From positions 1 to 64,000 of the forward strand of contig JAZQNN010000031.1 in NCBI GenBank assembly GCA_045627365.1: a DNA stretch of 64,000 nt. Reading direction: 5' to 3'. The first letter of the stretch is position 1; each line of letters starts with the position of its first letter. Origin of the DNA: Lachnospiraceae bacterium (GTDB lineage Bacteria > Bacillota > Clostridia > Lachnospirales > Lachnospiraceae). Positions 46,723 to 56,191 of the stretch are shown here, piece by piece. The translations under genes and the position numbers were made by a program. The notes under the pieces were generated by a model. The model was given only the letters and a program-made list of their open reading frames with translations, was not told the origin of the DNA and ran no database searches.

Positions 46723-47379
46723 ATGGAAAACGGAGTAAAAGCATATCCCGCACCGTGGGATCTGTGCGGAAAAGGATATATCTTTCTTTATAAGTTCAAA
46801 AAGGATTTTGTCGCAAATAGCGCAAATGTGCCGGAGTTTCTTAAAGGCGCCTTTGCCGGCGGCTTCGGCAGCGTGATGCTGGTCGATTACGAGCAGTCAG
46901 ACGCCGGCCCATACGGAGAGCTTCTCTTTATCCCGGGGAAATTCCGTTTCGGAGGCAAAAAGCTCGATACCATCAGCAAGATCTACGTTTCCACGATGGA
47001 AAGCGTTGTGAACGGAAGAGTCAACTGGGGCATTCCGAAAGAAAAAGCAGAGTTCTCTTTTGAGGAGATCGGCAGTGACACTGAAAAGGCAACCATAACG
47101 GTTGACGGTAAGACTGCGGCTGAGTTCACCTTAAAATCCGGCAGGCTTTCTTTCCCTGTCAGCACAAAGCTGCTTCCGTTTCCGCTCGTTCAGCAGTACG
47201 AGGGGAAGCACTATTTCACCAGCTTTTTCGGTAAAGGAAAAGGGAAACTTGCCAAGGTCGTCGGAATAAAGATCGACCCGGCACTTTTCCCTGATGTTTC
47301 CCTTTGCCGGCCAATTGCAGTTGTCAAAGTCAGCCCGTTCAATATCACCTTCCCGGAGGCGAAAATTGAATCTGAATGA
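46723..47379 (+). CDS. Acetoacetate-decarboxylase-like (ADC superfamily) protein, tentative
   Basis: 218 aa. YPAPWDLCGKGYIF resembles the ADC-family N-terminal PPW..KG motif. The start is 2 nt after the SDR stop. Confidence 0.4.
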   Translation: MENGVKAYPAPWDLCGKGYIFLYKFKKDFVANSANVPEFLKGAFAGGFGSVMLVDYEQSDAGPYGELLFIPGKFRFGGKKLDTISKIYVSTMESVVNGRVNWGIPKEKAEFSFEEIGSDTEKATITVDGKTAAEFTLKSGRLSFPVSTKLLPFPLVQQYEGKHYFTSFFGKGKGKLAKVVGIKIDPALFPDVSLCRPIAVVKVSPFNITFPEAKIESE

Positions 47380-47429
47380 GGGCTAATGCGTAGGGGCGCC
47401 TTGTTTTTCGATCAGGGAGTTTTTTGACT

Positions 47430-48755
47430 TTATTCAACCGCGCCCTTTACGCCGCCTTTGTCAGCAAGGAACATGAGCACAAAGGCGAGTATGGCGACGA
47501 TCGTTTCATAAATACCGAACGTATACCAGATTATTTCCGCGCCGAAGATCATTGGCGCGAATATCGTAATTATAGTGTTTGCAACGAAGCTCCTGATTAT
47601 ATTGATTATGAGAGCCTTTTTCGTGCGGGTCGTTGAATAAAGGTACGATGAAATTATTACCGTGAATGATTGGACGACAAAGCCCCACGCGTATCTGGCC
47701 ATGTTATCGAGGACCATCACGCGTGTCTCGGCATCCGCGGCGTAAAGGTTGCAGAACTGCGGTCCCAATAATACTATTATCAGGGTTATCACGAAAGACC
47801 CGGCTCCGCCTATTATCAGACCCACTCTCTTGTAAAACGCAAGGTCTTTATAATTCTCCGCTCCGTAGCACCGGCCGAAGAGCGGCTGAAGCCCGTCAGC
47901 AACTCCGTAGAATATGGCGATCGAAAAGCAGGCGACGTAGCAGATAACGGAATATGCATTTTCCGCGCTGTTTCCCAGCTGCCTGACAATTATGATATTG
48001 GTGATGATAGTCGTCAGCGGTGTGCAGAACTGGGCGATGCATTCGGGGAGTCCGCGTACAATTATCTTCCCGACAAGAGGCAGCTGTATCTTGAACTTAT
48101 GGAAATTCAGCTTTCCTTTTTTGAATATAAAATGCGTCAGGACTATGCACATTCCAATCGTCTGGGCAGCTCCCGTTGCGATGGCAGCTCCCTTAAGCCC
48201 CCATTTTACCGGGTAGATGAGGAGCCAGTCCCCGAAGATGTTTAAAGCCGTTGCCGTAATGACCGCTGCGCTGACCAGCGCCGGACGGCTGTCATTTCTT
48301 ATAAATCCATTAAAGTTGGTAAACATTCCGCACGGAATGAGGAATACTCCGTACCAGAAAAGGTACTCGCACGCAAGGTCGATATACGCGTCGGAAGCAC
48401 CCATCAGCCTGCAAAGAGGCTCTGTCAGGAAAATAGCTGCTGCCGAAAAAACTGCTGTAACGATAAGCGACATGATAACGGAATGCATGAAGACTTCGTT
48501 TGCTCCGTCCTCGTCGCCCTTTCCCATTCTTATCGCGGTTATCGTAAGTCCGCCTATGGTCGTGAGCATGACGAATGCGTTAAAAAACATTACATAAGGG
48601 AATACTATGTTGACTGCTCCCAGTGCGTCACTGCCGACGCCCTGTCCGACAAACATTCCGTCAACTATTGTGAATAGGAAAACGCTTAGATTGCTTAGTA
48701 TTGTAGGTGTTAAATACTTAAATAATAGTCTGGTCCTTGTATTTGTAAAACTCAT
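47430..48755 (-). CDS. MATE-family efflux transporter (second copy, convergent)
   Basis: 441 aa polytopic membrane protein with MATE topology. Confidence 0.75.
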   Translation of the reverse strand: MSFTNTRTRLLFKYLTPTILSNLSVFLFTIVDGMFVGQGVGSDALGAVNIVFPYVMFFNAFVMLTTIGGLTITAIRMGKGDEDGANEVFMHSVIMSLIVTAVFSAAAIFLTEPLCRLMGASDAYIDLACEYLFWYGVFLIPCGMFTNFNGFIRNDSRPALVSAAVITATALNIFGDWLLIYPVKWGLKGAAIATGAAQTIGMCIVLTHFIFKKGKLNFHKFKIQLPLVGKIIVRGLPECIAQFCTPLTTIITNIIIVRQLGNSAENAYSVICYVACFSIAIFYGVADGLQPLFGRCYGAENYKDLAFYKRVGLIIGGAGSFVITLIIVLLGPQFCNLYAADAETRVMVLDNMARYAWGFVVQSFTVIISSYLYSTTRTKKALIINIIRSFVANTIITIFAPMIFGAEIIWYTFGIYETIVAILAFVLMFLADKGGVKGAVE

Positions 48756-48820
48756 TATTCCTCCCGAGAGAGCATTTTATAAGGGCTGCCTATGGCAGCC
48801 CCGAGAATTCTCAAAACCGC

Positions 48821-49726
48821 TTATAGCGTATCTATGAATCTACAGGCAGCGAGTGCTGCGGTCGCGCCGTCGCTCATCGCGGTCGTTACCTGGCGCACGC
48901 CTTTGACGCGGCAGTCTCCTGCTACAAATATGCCCGGCAGGTCTGCTTCGCATTTTTCATCGATATCTGCATATCCGCCCTCGTTAAGCGGCAAAAGAGC
49001 GTCAAATACTTCCATCTGCGGCTCGTGACCGATCGCAAGGAACAGTCCGTCAAGATCAATTGTCTGTGCGATGCCGATATTGTCGGTCACCTCAATGCCT
49101 TTCAGCGCTCCGCCCTCCTGAATATAGGCAGTTATCTTACTGTTCAGGATGAACTCGACATTTTCGCGGGACTCAAGCAATGCCGCAAGGCGCTCCTCTC
49201 CTCTGAAGGAATCCCTTCTGTGGATCAGATAAACGGTCTCGCAGATATCCGCAAGATAAAGAGCTTCCTGGAGTGCGCTGTTGCCGCCGCCGTGAACTGC
49301 CACGGTCTTGCCTGCATAGAAGGATCCGTCGCAGACAGCGCAGAAGCTGATACCGTTTCCTATCAGATCGTCTTCACCATCCAGCTCCAGACGCCTTGGT
49401 TTGGCCCCTGTAGCGATGATAACGGCCTTGGCTTCCCACATACTGCCTGACGCTCCATGAACGCGGATCGGGGCGTTTTCAACGCCTACGACCTCATCCA
49501 TCTCTATGTCTACGCCGAGCGCAAGCACCTGATCTACCATCATATCGGTAAGTTCAAGTCCGGACGCTTCCTTAACGGTCGGAAAATTCTCTACCTTCGG
49601 AGACTGGGCTATCTGCCCGCCGAAAGAATCCTTCTCGATGACAAGGACTTTTTTGCCGGCCCTTGCTCCGTAAATTGCCGCTGTCAGGCCCGCAGGGCCC
49701 GCTCCGATTATTACTATGTCGTACAT
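48821..49726 (-). CDS. trxB: Thioredoxin-disulfide reductase
   Basis: FAD motif IIGAGPAGLTAA, redox-active CAVC (FCAVCDG), NADPH motif VHGGGNSA. ATG 49726 follows an AAAGGGGA Shine-Dalgarno. Confidence 0.8.
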   Translation of the reverse strand: MYDIVIIGAGPAGLTAAIYGARAGKKVLVIEKDSFGGQIAQSPKVENFPTVKEASGLELTDMMVDQVLALGVDIEMDEVVGVENAPIRVHGASGSMWEAKAVIIATGAKPRRLELDGEDDLIGNGISFCAVCDGSFYAGKTVAVHGGGNSALQEALYLADICETVYLIHRRDSFRGEERLAALLESRENVEFILNSKITAYIQEGGALKGIEVTDNIGIAQTIDLDGLFLAIGHEPQMEVFDALLPLNEGGYADIDEKCEADLPGIFVAGDCRVKGVRQVTTAMSDGATAALAACRFIDTL

Positions 49727-49745
49727 ATTTATCCCCTTTGTAACA

Positions 49746-49774
49746 CAAGGCGCTGCAGCACATGCAGCGCCTTG
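49746..49774 (-). other. Strong GC-rich hairpin in the nrdD-trxB intergenic spacer (no U-tract on the transcribed strand)
   Basis: CAAGGCGCUGCA-UGUGC-UGCAGCGCCUUG, a 12 bp perfect stem about 20 nt 5' of the trxB Shine-Dalgarno. Confidence 0.5.
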
Positions 49775-49801
49775 CTTTGGCTTTTTGGACTGGCGTGATT
49801 A

Positions 49802-52171
49802 TCAGGAATTGATAAACTGTCTGATTTCTGATACTCCGGCAAATTTAGTGGACTCTACTCCGTCGTCAACGATCAGTGTAGGTGCCTGCTTGATGCCGTA
49901 TTTTGCGATAAGATCAAGATTCTCATCTGCGTATAGCTTCTCAAACGGGATGCCCGCGCGCTCAAGGTATGTAGCTGCGACTTTGCAGTTAGGGCAGGTC
50001 TGGGTCGCGAAAAGGATCGTCCTTGCCTCACCTGTTGATACGCTGTCAAATGCTTCCTCAACAACAGCACCGCCGATAGGTCCCTGATGTGTCAGCACGC
50101 TCTTATCGATAACGTATTCTTTGCGCTCCTTGAACTCCTGAGTCTTGCCTGCGTTCCAGTTCTGAACCGGACGGTAGTAGCCTGTGATACGGCTGTAAAC
50201 TTCTGCCTTCTCACCGCAGATCGGGCAGACATACTGCTCGCCGTCGAGGTATCCGTGGTTCTTGCATACTGAGTATGTCGGAGACATGGTGTAATACGGA
50301 AGCTTGTAGTTCTCTGCGATCTTGCGTACCAGCTTGGCTGCTGCTTCCCAGCTAGGAAGCTTCTCACCCAGGAAGGTATGGAATACGGTTCCTGATGTAT
50401 ACAGTGTCTGAAGCTCGTCCTGAATATCAAGGGCTGTAAATACATCCTCGGTATAGCCTACAGGCAGATGGCTTGAGTTGGTGTAATACGGTGTTCCGCC
50501 GTCTTCGCTTGCGGTGATGATGTCAGGAAACTGCGCTACATCGTGCTTAGCAAGACGGTATGAAGTTGACTCAGCCGGAGTTGCCTCAAGGTTGTAAAGG
50601 TCACCGTACTGCTCCTGGTAGTCAGACAGACGCTCACGCATATGGTTGAGAACGCGTTTGGTGAACTCCTGGCAGGCTTCCTGAGTCATGTCAGCCTTGA
50701 CCCACTTAGCGTTCAGTCCTGCTTCGTTCATGCCGACAAGACCGATAGTTGAGAAGTGGTTTGCAAATGTTCCCAGATATCTCTTGGTGTATGGATAAAG
50801 TCCCTCATCAAGGAGCTTGGTAATAACGGTACGCTTGATCTTGAGTGAACGTGCGGAAAGATCCATGATCTTGTCCAGACGGCGGAAGAATTCTTCCTCG
50901 TTCTCTGACTGATATGCGATACGCGGCATATTGATGGTAACAACACCTACAGAGCCTGTTGACTCGCCTGAGCCGAAGAAACCGCCGGACTTCTTACGAA
51001 GCTCACGAAGGTCAAGACGCAGACGGCAGCACATTGAACGAACATCGCTCGGCTCCATATCTGAGTTGATGTAGTTTGAGAAATACGGTGTGCCGTACTT
51101 CGCGGTCATTTCGAATAAGAGTTTGTTGTTCTCTGTCGGTGACCAGTCGAAATCCTTGGTGATCGAATATGTCGGGATCGGATACTGGAATCCGCGTCCG
51201 TTGGCATCGCCCTCGATCATGATCTCGATGAATGCCTTATTGACAAGGTCCATCTCAGCCTTGCACTCACCGTAGGTGAAATCCATTTCCTTGCCGCCAA
51301 CGATAGCAGGAAGGTGCTCAAGGTCCTTAGGAACGGTCCAGTCAAGAGTAATGTTGGTAAACGGTGCCTGTGTGCCCCAACGTGACGGTGTATTTACGCC
51401 GTAAATGAAGGACTGAATGCACTGTTTAACTTCTTTATATGAAAGGTTATCAACGATAACAAAAGGAGCGACGTATGTATCAAATGATGAGAATGCCTGA
51501 GCGCCTGCCCACTCATTCTGCATAATTCCGAGGAAGTTGACCATCTGGTTGCACAGGGTCGAAAGATGTCCCGCAGGTGAAGATGTGATCTTGCCCGGGA
51601 TTCCTCCGAGGCCTTCCTGGATAAGCTGTTTAAGTGACCATCCTGCGCAGTAGCCTGTCAGCATGGAAAGGTCATGGATATGGATATCACAGTTTCTGTG
51701 AGCGTTGCCGATCTCCTCGTCGTAGATCTCGCTGAGCCAGTAGTTTGCTGTGATCGCGCCTGAGTTGGACAGGATAAGTCCGCCTACAGAATAAGTAACT
51801 GTGGAATTCTCCTTAACACGCCAGTCAAGAGCGTCAAGATACTGATTGACAGTCTCTTTGTAATCAAGGTAAGAAGACTTCATATTACGCAGTTTTTCAC
51901 GCTGCTTACGATAAAGGATGTAGGCCTTGGCTACTGCCTCGTATCCTCCTCTTGAAAGAACTGCCTCAACGCTGTCCTGAACATCTTCGACTGCGACTTT
52001 CTCGTCCTTGATCTTAGGCAGGAAGTCCGCTGTTACCTTAAGGGCAAGGAAATCAATGATGCCGTCGGTATAATCCGTGCCTGTAGCGTCAAATGCTTTC
52101 TTGATGGCGACAACGATCTTGTTGATATCGAAATCAACGATCTTGCCGTCACGTTTGATGATCTGATACAT
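49802..52171 (-). CDS. nrdD: Anaerobic ribonucleoside-triphosphate reductase (class III) with N-terminal ATP-cone and a fused C-terminal NrdH/glutaredoxin-like domain
   Basis: ATP-cone MYQIIKRDGKIVDFDINKIV, NrdD core, and a C-terminal Zn site and glycyl-radical region CKNHGY..CPICG..SRITGYYRPVQNWNAGK. This is followed by a roughly 108 aa extension ending in a redoxin-like domain ARTILFATQTCPNCKVAATYLERAGIPFEKLYADE... Confidence 0.9.
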   Translation of the reverse strand: MYQIIKRDGKIVDFDINKIVVAIKKAFDATGTDYTDGIIDFLALKVTADFLPKIKDEKVAVEDVQDSVEAVLSRGGYEAVAKAYILYRKQREKLRNMKSSYLDYKETVNQYLDALDWRVKENSTVTYSVGGLILSNSGAITANYWLSEIYDEEIGNAHRNCDIHIHDLSMLTGYCAGWSLKQLIQEGLGGIPGKITSSPAGHLSTLCNQMVNFLGIMQNEWAGAQAFSSFDTYVAPFVIVDNLSYKEVKQCIQSFIYGVNTPSRWGTQAPFTNITLDWTVPKDLEHLPAIVGGKEMDFTYGECKAEMDLVNKAFIEIMIEGDANGRGFQYPIPTYSITKDFDWSPTENNKLLFEMTAKYGTPYFSNYINSDMEPSDVRSMCCRLRLDLRELRKKSGGFFGSGESTGSVGVVTINMPRIAYQSENEEEFFRRLDKIMDLSARSLKIKRTVITKLLDEGLYPYTKRYLGTFANHFSTIGLVGMNEAGLNAKWVKADMTQEACQEFTKRVLNHMRERLSDYQEQYGDLYNLEATPAESTSYRLAKHDVAQFPDIITASEDGGTPYYTNSSHLPVGYTEDVFTALDIQDELQTLYTSGTVFHTFLGEKLPSWEAAAKLVRKIAENYKLPYYTMSPTYSVCKNHGYLDGEQYVCPICGEKAEVYSRITGYYRPVQNWNAGKTQEFKERKEYVIDKSVLTHQGPIGGAVVEEAFDSVSTGEARTILFATQTCPNCKVAATYLERAGIPFEKLYADENLDLIAKYGIKQAPTLIVDDGVESTKFAGVSEIRQFINS

Positions 52172-52206
52172 ATTTACTCCTCCGATTTTATCATACCCCT
52201 CTTGGG

Positions 52207-52923
52207 TTATATTCCTCTGATCGATGTATTGCTTACGTACTTGCGGGCTATTTCGGCAAATTCCTTCATCTCAGCCTCGCTGAAGGCGCTCAGTCCTTCG
52301 GGCGCGATCAGCTGCCCGGAATCCTTGAAATCCTGCAGATAGTATGCCTTGGCACCGCTTATCCATGCAGCTGCTCCTTCGACGCTTTCCGGCGTATGAA
52401 GGCCCTTCACGAGCGTGGTCCTGAACTCGTAATCCACCCTGCCTTCAAGCAGGATGTCACGGGTCATCTCGACCTTCTTCATGAGCGGTGATCCCGCATC
52501 AAGCTTACCTTCAAGTCCTGCCGTTCTCGCGTAAAGCGCCGGACTGTTCTTGACATCCATTGCCACATAATCAACTAAATTTTCGTTGATAAGCTCCCGG
52601 ACCATATCAGGATTCGTTCCGTTGGTGTCCAGTTTGACGCGGTAGCCTTCCGCTTTCACCTTCCGGATGAACTGCGGCAGTTCGCTATACAGAGTCGGCT
52701 CACCGCCGGTGATTGAAACGCCTTCAAGCATTCCGCTGCGTTTCTTCAGATAACTGATAATATCTTCCTCTGTATATGTCTCGCCTCCGGCTCCGTCACC
52801 CTCGACAAGAAGTGCGTTATGACAGAATGGGCACCTGTAATTGCAGCCTCGCGTAAACAAAATGCAGGCGACTGTGCCGGGGAAATCAAGCAGCGTCAGT
52901 TTCTGCATTCCCGCAAACTGCAT
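52207..52923 (-). CDS. nrdG: Anaerobic ribonucleotide reductase activating protein (radical SAM)
   Basis: CNYRCPFCHN radical-SAM cluster motif. ATG 52923 follows a GGGAGGT Shine-Dalgarno. Confidence 0.85.
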   Translation of the reverse strand: MQFAGMQKLTLLDFPGTVACILFTRGCNYRCPFCHNALLVEGDGAGGETYTEEDIISYLKKRSGMLEGVSITGGEPTLYSELPQFIRKVKAEGYRVKLDTNGTNPDMVRELINENLVDYVAMDVKNSPALYARTAGLEGKLDAGSPLMKKVEMTRDILLEGRVDYEFRTTLVKGLHTPESVEGAAAWISGAKAYYLQDFKDSGQLIAPEGLSAFSEAEMKEFAEIARKYVSNTSIRGI

Positions 52924-52994
52924 AAGGCTTACCTCCCAACCTAAGTACGTACTGATATAGATATCATATTTATATGAGCTTGTCAACATAAGGA

Positions 52995-53051
52995 ACACTA
53001 AATATTGATTAAAAATTGCATTTTCGGCATATTAACCACAAAATGTAGTGT
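52995..53051. promoter_or_regulatory. Two NrdR-box-like sites upstream of nrdG
   Basis: ACACTAAATATTGATT (52995-53010) and CCACAAAATGTAGTGT (53036-53051) each match 12 of 16 to the NrdR box palindrome acaCwAtATaTwGtgt. Their centres are 41 bp apart, 70-130 bp upstream of the nrdG start. Confidence 0.3.
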
Positions 53052-53082
53052 TATTTGTGCAACCTTAAATTCATGAAAAATG

Positions 53083-53117
53083 AATAAAAAATAAGGCATT
53101 TCCTTGCGAAATGCCTT
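53083..53117 (-). terminator. Intrinsic terminator after argF (end of arg operon)
   Basis: Minus-strand hairpin AAGGCAUUUC-GCAAG-GAAAUGCCUU (10 bp perfect stem) followed by AUUUUUUAUU. Confidence 0.8.
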
Positions 53118-53160
53118 AAATTCAACGTTTGTCAGTATTTAACTGATCATGCATAAAAAC

Positions 53161-54147
53161 TTACGCGAGTGAAGCAGCCATAACAGCCTTGATGGTGTGC
53201 ATACGATTCTCGGCCTCGTCGAATACGATCGACTGCTCGCTTTCGAATACCTCGTCCGTAACTTCCATTGCTTCAAGACCGAAGATGTCGTGGATATTTG
53301 CGCCGACTTCAGTGTTCAGGTCATGGAATGCAGGCAGGCAATGCATGAAGCGGCACTGTGGACCCGCGTTCTTTAAATATTCCATCTTTACCTGATACGG
53401 AAGCAGGTCGTTGATTCTCTCCTGCCATACCATTTCCGGCTCGCCCATGGATACCCAGACGTCCGTGTAGATCACATCCGCGCCCTTGGTAGCTTCCATC
53501 GGATCGGTTATGAATTCAAGCTTTGCGCCTGTTTCAGCCGCGATCTTTTGGCACTCGGCAATAAGGTCTCTGTTCGGAAAATATTTTTCCGGTGCGCACG
53601 CAACGAAATGCATACCCATCTTTGCACAGCCTACCATCAGTGAATTGCCCATATTGTATCTGGCATCTCCCATGTAAACAAGCTTGCGGCCTTTAAGCTC
53701 TCCGAAATGTTCACGGATCGTCAGAAAATCAGCCAGGATCTGGGTCGGATGGAATTCGTTGGTAAGGCCGTTCCATACAGGGATACCTGAATATTTTGCC
53801 AGGTCTTCAACGATCTCCTGGCCGTAACCTCTGTATTCGATGCCGTCGAACATGCGCCCAAGTACCCTCGCGGTGTCTGCGATGCTCTCCTTTTTGCCGA
53901 TCTGGGAGCTCTTAGGATCCAGATAAACAGGATGCATTCCAAGGTCAAACGCAGCGACTTCAAACGAGCAGCGTGTCCTTGTACTGGTCTTTTCAAAAAT
54001 CAGCGCAACAGACTTGCCCTCGCAGAGTCTGTGCGGAATGCCGGCCTTCTTTTTGGCCTTAAGATCGGCTGCCAGATCCAGATATTCCGTGATCTCTTCC
54101 GGTGTAAAATCCAATAATTTCAGAAAGTTTTTATTCTTTAATGCCAT
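53161..54147 (-). CDS. argF: Ornithine carbamoyltransferase
   Basis: STRTR motif ([13 protein letters not shown]), HCLP motif, 328 aa. Confidence 0.9.
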   Translation of the reverse strand: MALKNKNFLKLLDFTPEEITEYLDLAADLKAKKKAGIPHRLCEGKSVALIFEKTSTRTRCSFEVAAFDLGMHPVYLDPKSSQIGKKESIADTARVLGRMFDGIEYRGYGQEIVEDLAKYSGIPVWNGLTNEFHPTQILADFLTIREHFGELKGRKLVYMGDARYNMGNSLMVGCAKMGMHFVACAPEKYFPNRDLIAECQKIAAETGAKLEFITDPMEATKGADVIYTDVWVSMGEPEMVWQERINDLLPYQVKMEYLKNAGPQCRFMHCLPAFHDLNTEVGANIHDIFGLEAMEVTDEVFESEQSIVFDEAENRMHTIKAVMAASLA

Positions 54148-54148
54148 A

Positions 54149-55309
54149 TCAAACCTCGCATGCTTTCTTGATCACATCAACTGCCCTGGCCAGAACATCC
54201 ATCGGGATGTTCAGTGCCGGAAGGAGCCTTACCTTATCCTTGGCTGTCAGCGGCAAAACGCCGTTCTTTATGCACTCTGCAACTACCTCTCCTGCAGGCT
54301 TTACGGTCTTGATTCCGATCATCAGTCCCATACCGCTTACGCTTTCAACGCCCGGAGCGCCGTCAAGCTGTGAGAATATGTAATCGCTCTTTTCACGAAC
54401 CTCAGAAAGGAGCTTGTCATCGATCCTTGAGATCACACTGCATGCCGCAGCTGCGCTGACCGGATTGCCTCCGTATGTTGAGCCGTGATCACCGTATCCT
54501 AATACGTTCTCGACTTTTTCACTCATCACGCAGGCACCGATCGGAAGTCCTCCGCCCAGGCCCTTTGCCGTTGTGAATACATCAGGCTCGATGTCAAAAT
54601 TCATGTATGAATAAAGCTTTCCTGTACGTCCGTTTCCTGTCTGGACCTCGTCAACGATCAGGATGATGTCATGCTTTGACGCATACTCGGCAACACCCTT
54701 TACGAACGCATACTCGAGAGCGCATACACCGCCTTCGCCCTGAATACACTCAAGCATAACGCCGGCGCATTTAACTTCACTTGCAAGCTTCTTGAAAGCG
54801 GCCAGATCGTTGGCCGGGGTGTGTACGAACCCCGGTGTAAGCGGCGTGAAAAGCTTATGAAATACGTCCTGACCCGTTGCTGCAAGAGTTGTAAGGGTCC
54901 TTCCGTGGAAGCTGTTTTCCAGCGTAATGATCGTTGAGTATTCAGGTCCCTTATTCTCTGCTGCCCACTTACGTGCGACCTTGATCGCGCACTCATTGGC
55001 CTCAGCGCCCGAATTTCCGAAGAAGACCTTCTTCATGCCTGTCTTCTCGCAAAGCATCTTGGCGAGTTTTGCGCACGGCTCCGTATAATAAAGGTTAGAC
55101 ATGTGCTGGATCTTGCCGATCTGCTCGGTTACGGCCTGCTGCCATATCTCATCTGCAACGCCGAATGCGGTAACTCCGATGCCGCTTCCCATATCGATAT
55201 ATTCTTTGCCGTTTACGTCGGAAACGATTGAGCCTTTGCCCGATACAATCTCCACATCGAAACGCTTGTATGTATTGGCTACATACTTATCATCTATTTC
55301 CTTAAACAT
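54149..55309 (-). CDS. argD: Acetylornithine aminotransferase
   Basis: Class III PLP aminotransferase with Lys in [15 protein letters not shown]. Confidence 0.9.
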   Translation of the reverse strand: MFKEIDDKYVANTYKRFDVEIVSGKGSIVSDVNGKEYIDMGSGIGVTAFGVADEIWQQAVTEQIGKIQHMSNLYYTEPCAKLAKMLCEKTGMKKVFFGNSGAEANECAIKVARKWAAENKGPEYSTIITLENSFHGRTLTTLAATGQDVFHKLFTPLTPGFVHTPANDLAAFKKLASEVKCAGVMLECIQGEGGVCALEYAFVKGVAEYASKHDIILIVDEVQTGNGRTGKLYSYMNFDIEPDVFTTAKGLGGGLPIGACVMSEKVENVLGYGDHGSTYGGNPVSAAAACSVISRIDDKLLSEVREKSDYIFSQLDGAPGVESVSGMGLMIGIKTVKPAGEVVAECIKNGVLPLTAKDKVRLLPALNIPMDVLARAVDVIKKACEV

Positions 55310-55324
55310 CTCTCTATCCTCTTT

Positions 55325-56191
55325 TTATCTTTCAGCAACGAACATTGTGCCTGCGCCTTCGTCTGTGAGAAGTTCCATCAGTATCGCATGCGGTACGCGT
55401 CCGTCCATGATGATGACCTTCTTAACGCCCTTCTTGATCGCATCTGTGCAGCAGTCGACCTTAGGGATCATTCCGCCCGCTATAACGCCCTGTGCCTTGA
55501 GTTCTTCCGCCTCTGACAGTGTCAGTTCAGGGATCAGTGTGCTCTCATCATTCTTGTCTCTTAATACGCCGCTTATATCTGTCACCATAATCAGACGTTC
55601 TGCTTCGAGCGCGCCTGCTATAAAACCGGCCGCGGTATCTCCGTTGATATTGTAGGTGTTGCCCTCTTTATCGCTGGCGATAGTTGAAATAACAGGGATA
55701 TAGCCCTTATCAAGGGTATCCTTGATCACGCCCACATTGACCTCGACGATTTCTCCGACATAGCCGAGAGTCTCGTTCATGGTCTTGGCAGCGAGCATTT
55801 TGCCGTCGATTCCGGAAAGACCGACTGCAAGACCGCCACTTGACTGGATGAGCTTAACAAGATCTTTATTGACCTTGCCCGCAAGTACCATCTGAGCGAT
55901 CTCAGCTGTTTCTTTGTCAGTTACTCTGAGGCCGTTGACGAACTCCGTTTTTTTGCCCAGTTTGACCATGACCTCATTGATATCCGGACCACCGCCGTGA
56001 ACCAGTACTACCTTCACTCCGATAGTGTGCAGAAGCACGATATCATTGATCACCTGTTCTTTAAGTTTCTGGTCTACCATTGCGTTTCCGCCGTATTTGA
56101 CAACGACGATCGTGCCGATATGCTGTCTGATATAAGGCAGTGCCTGTGTCAGCACCAGTGCGCGTTCAGCGTTTGAAAATTCTTTACTCAT
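55325..56191 (-). CDS. argB: Acetylglutamate kinase
   Basis: Amino-acid kinase fold; VVKYGGNAM; LVHGGGP. Confidence 0.9.
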   Translation of the reverse strand: MSKEFSNAERALVLTQALPYIRQHIGTIVVVKYGGNAMVDQKLKEQVINDIVLLHTIGVKVVLVHGGGPDINEVMVKLGKKTEFVNGLRVTDKETAEIAQMVLAGKVNKDLVKLIQSSGGLAVGLSGIDGKMLAAKTMNETLGYVGEIVEVNVGVIKDTLDKGYIPVISTIASDKEGNTYNINGDTAAGFIAGALEAERLIMVTDISGVLRDKNDESTLIPELTLSEAEELKAQGVIAGGMIPKVDCCTDAIKKGVKKVIIMDGRVPHAILMELLTDEGAGTMFVAER

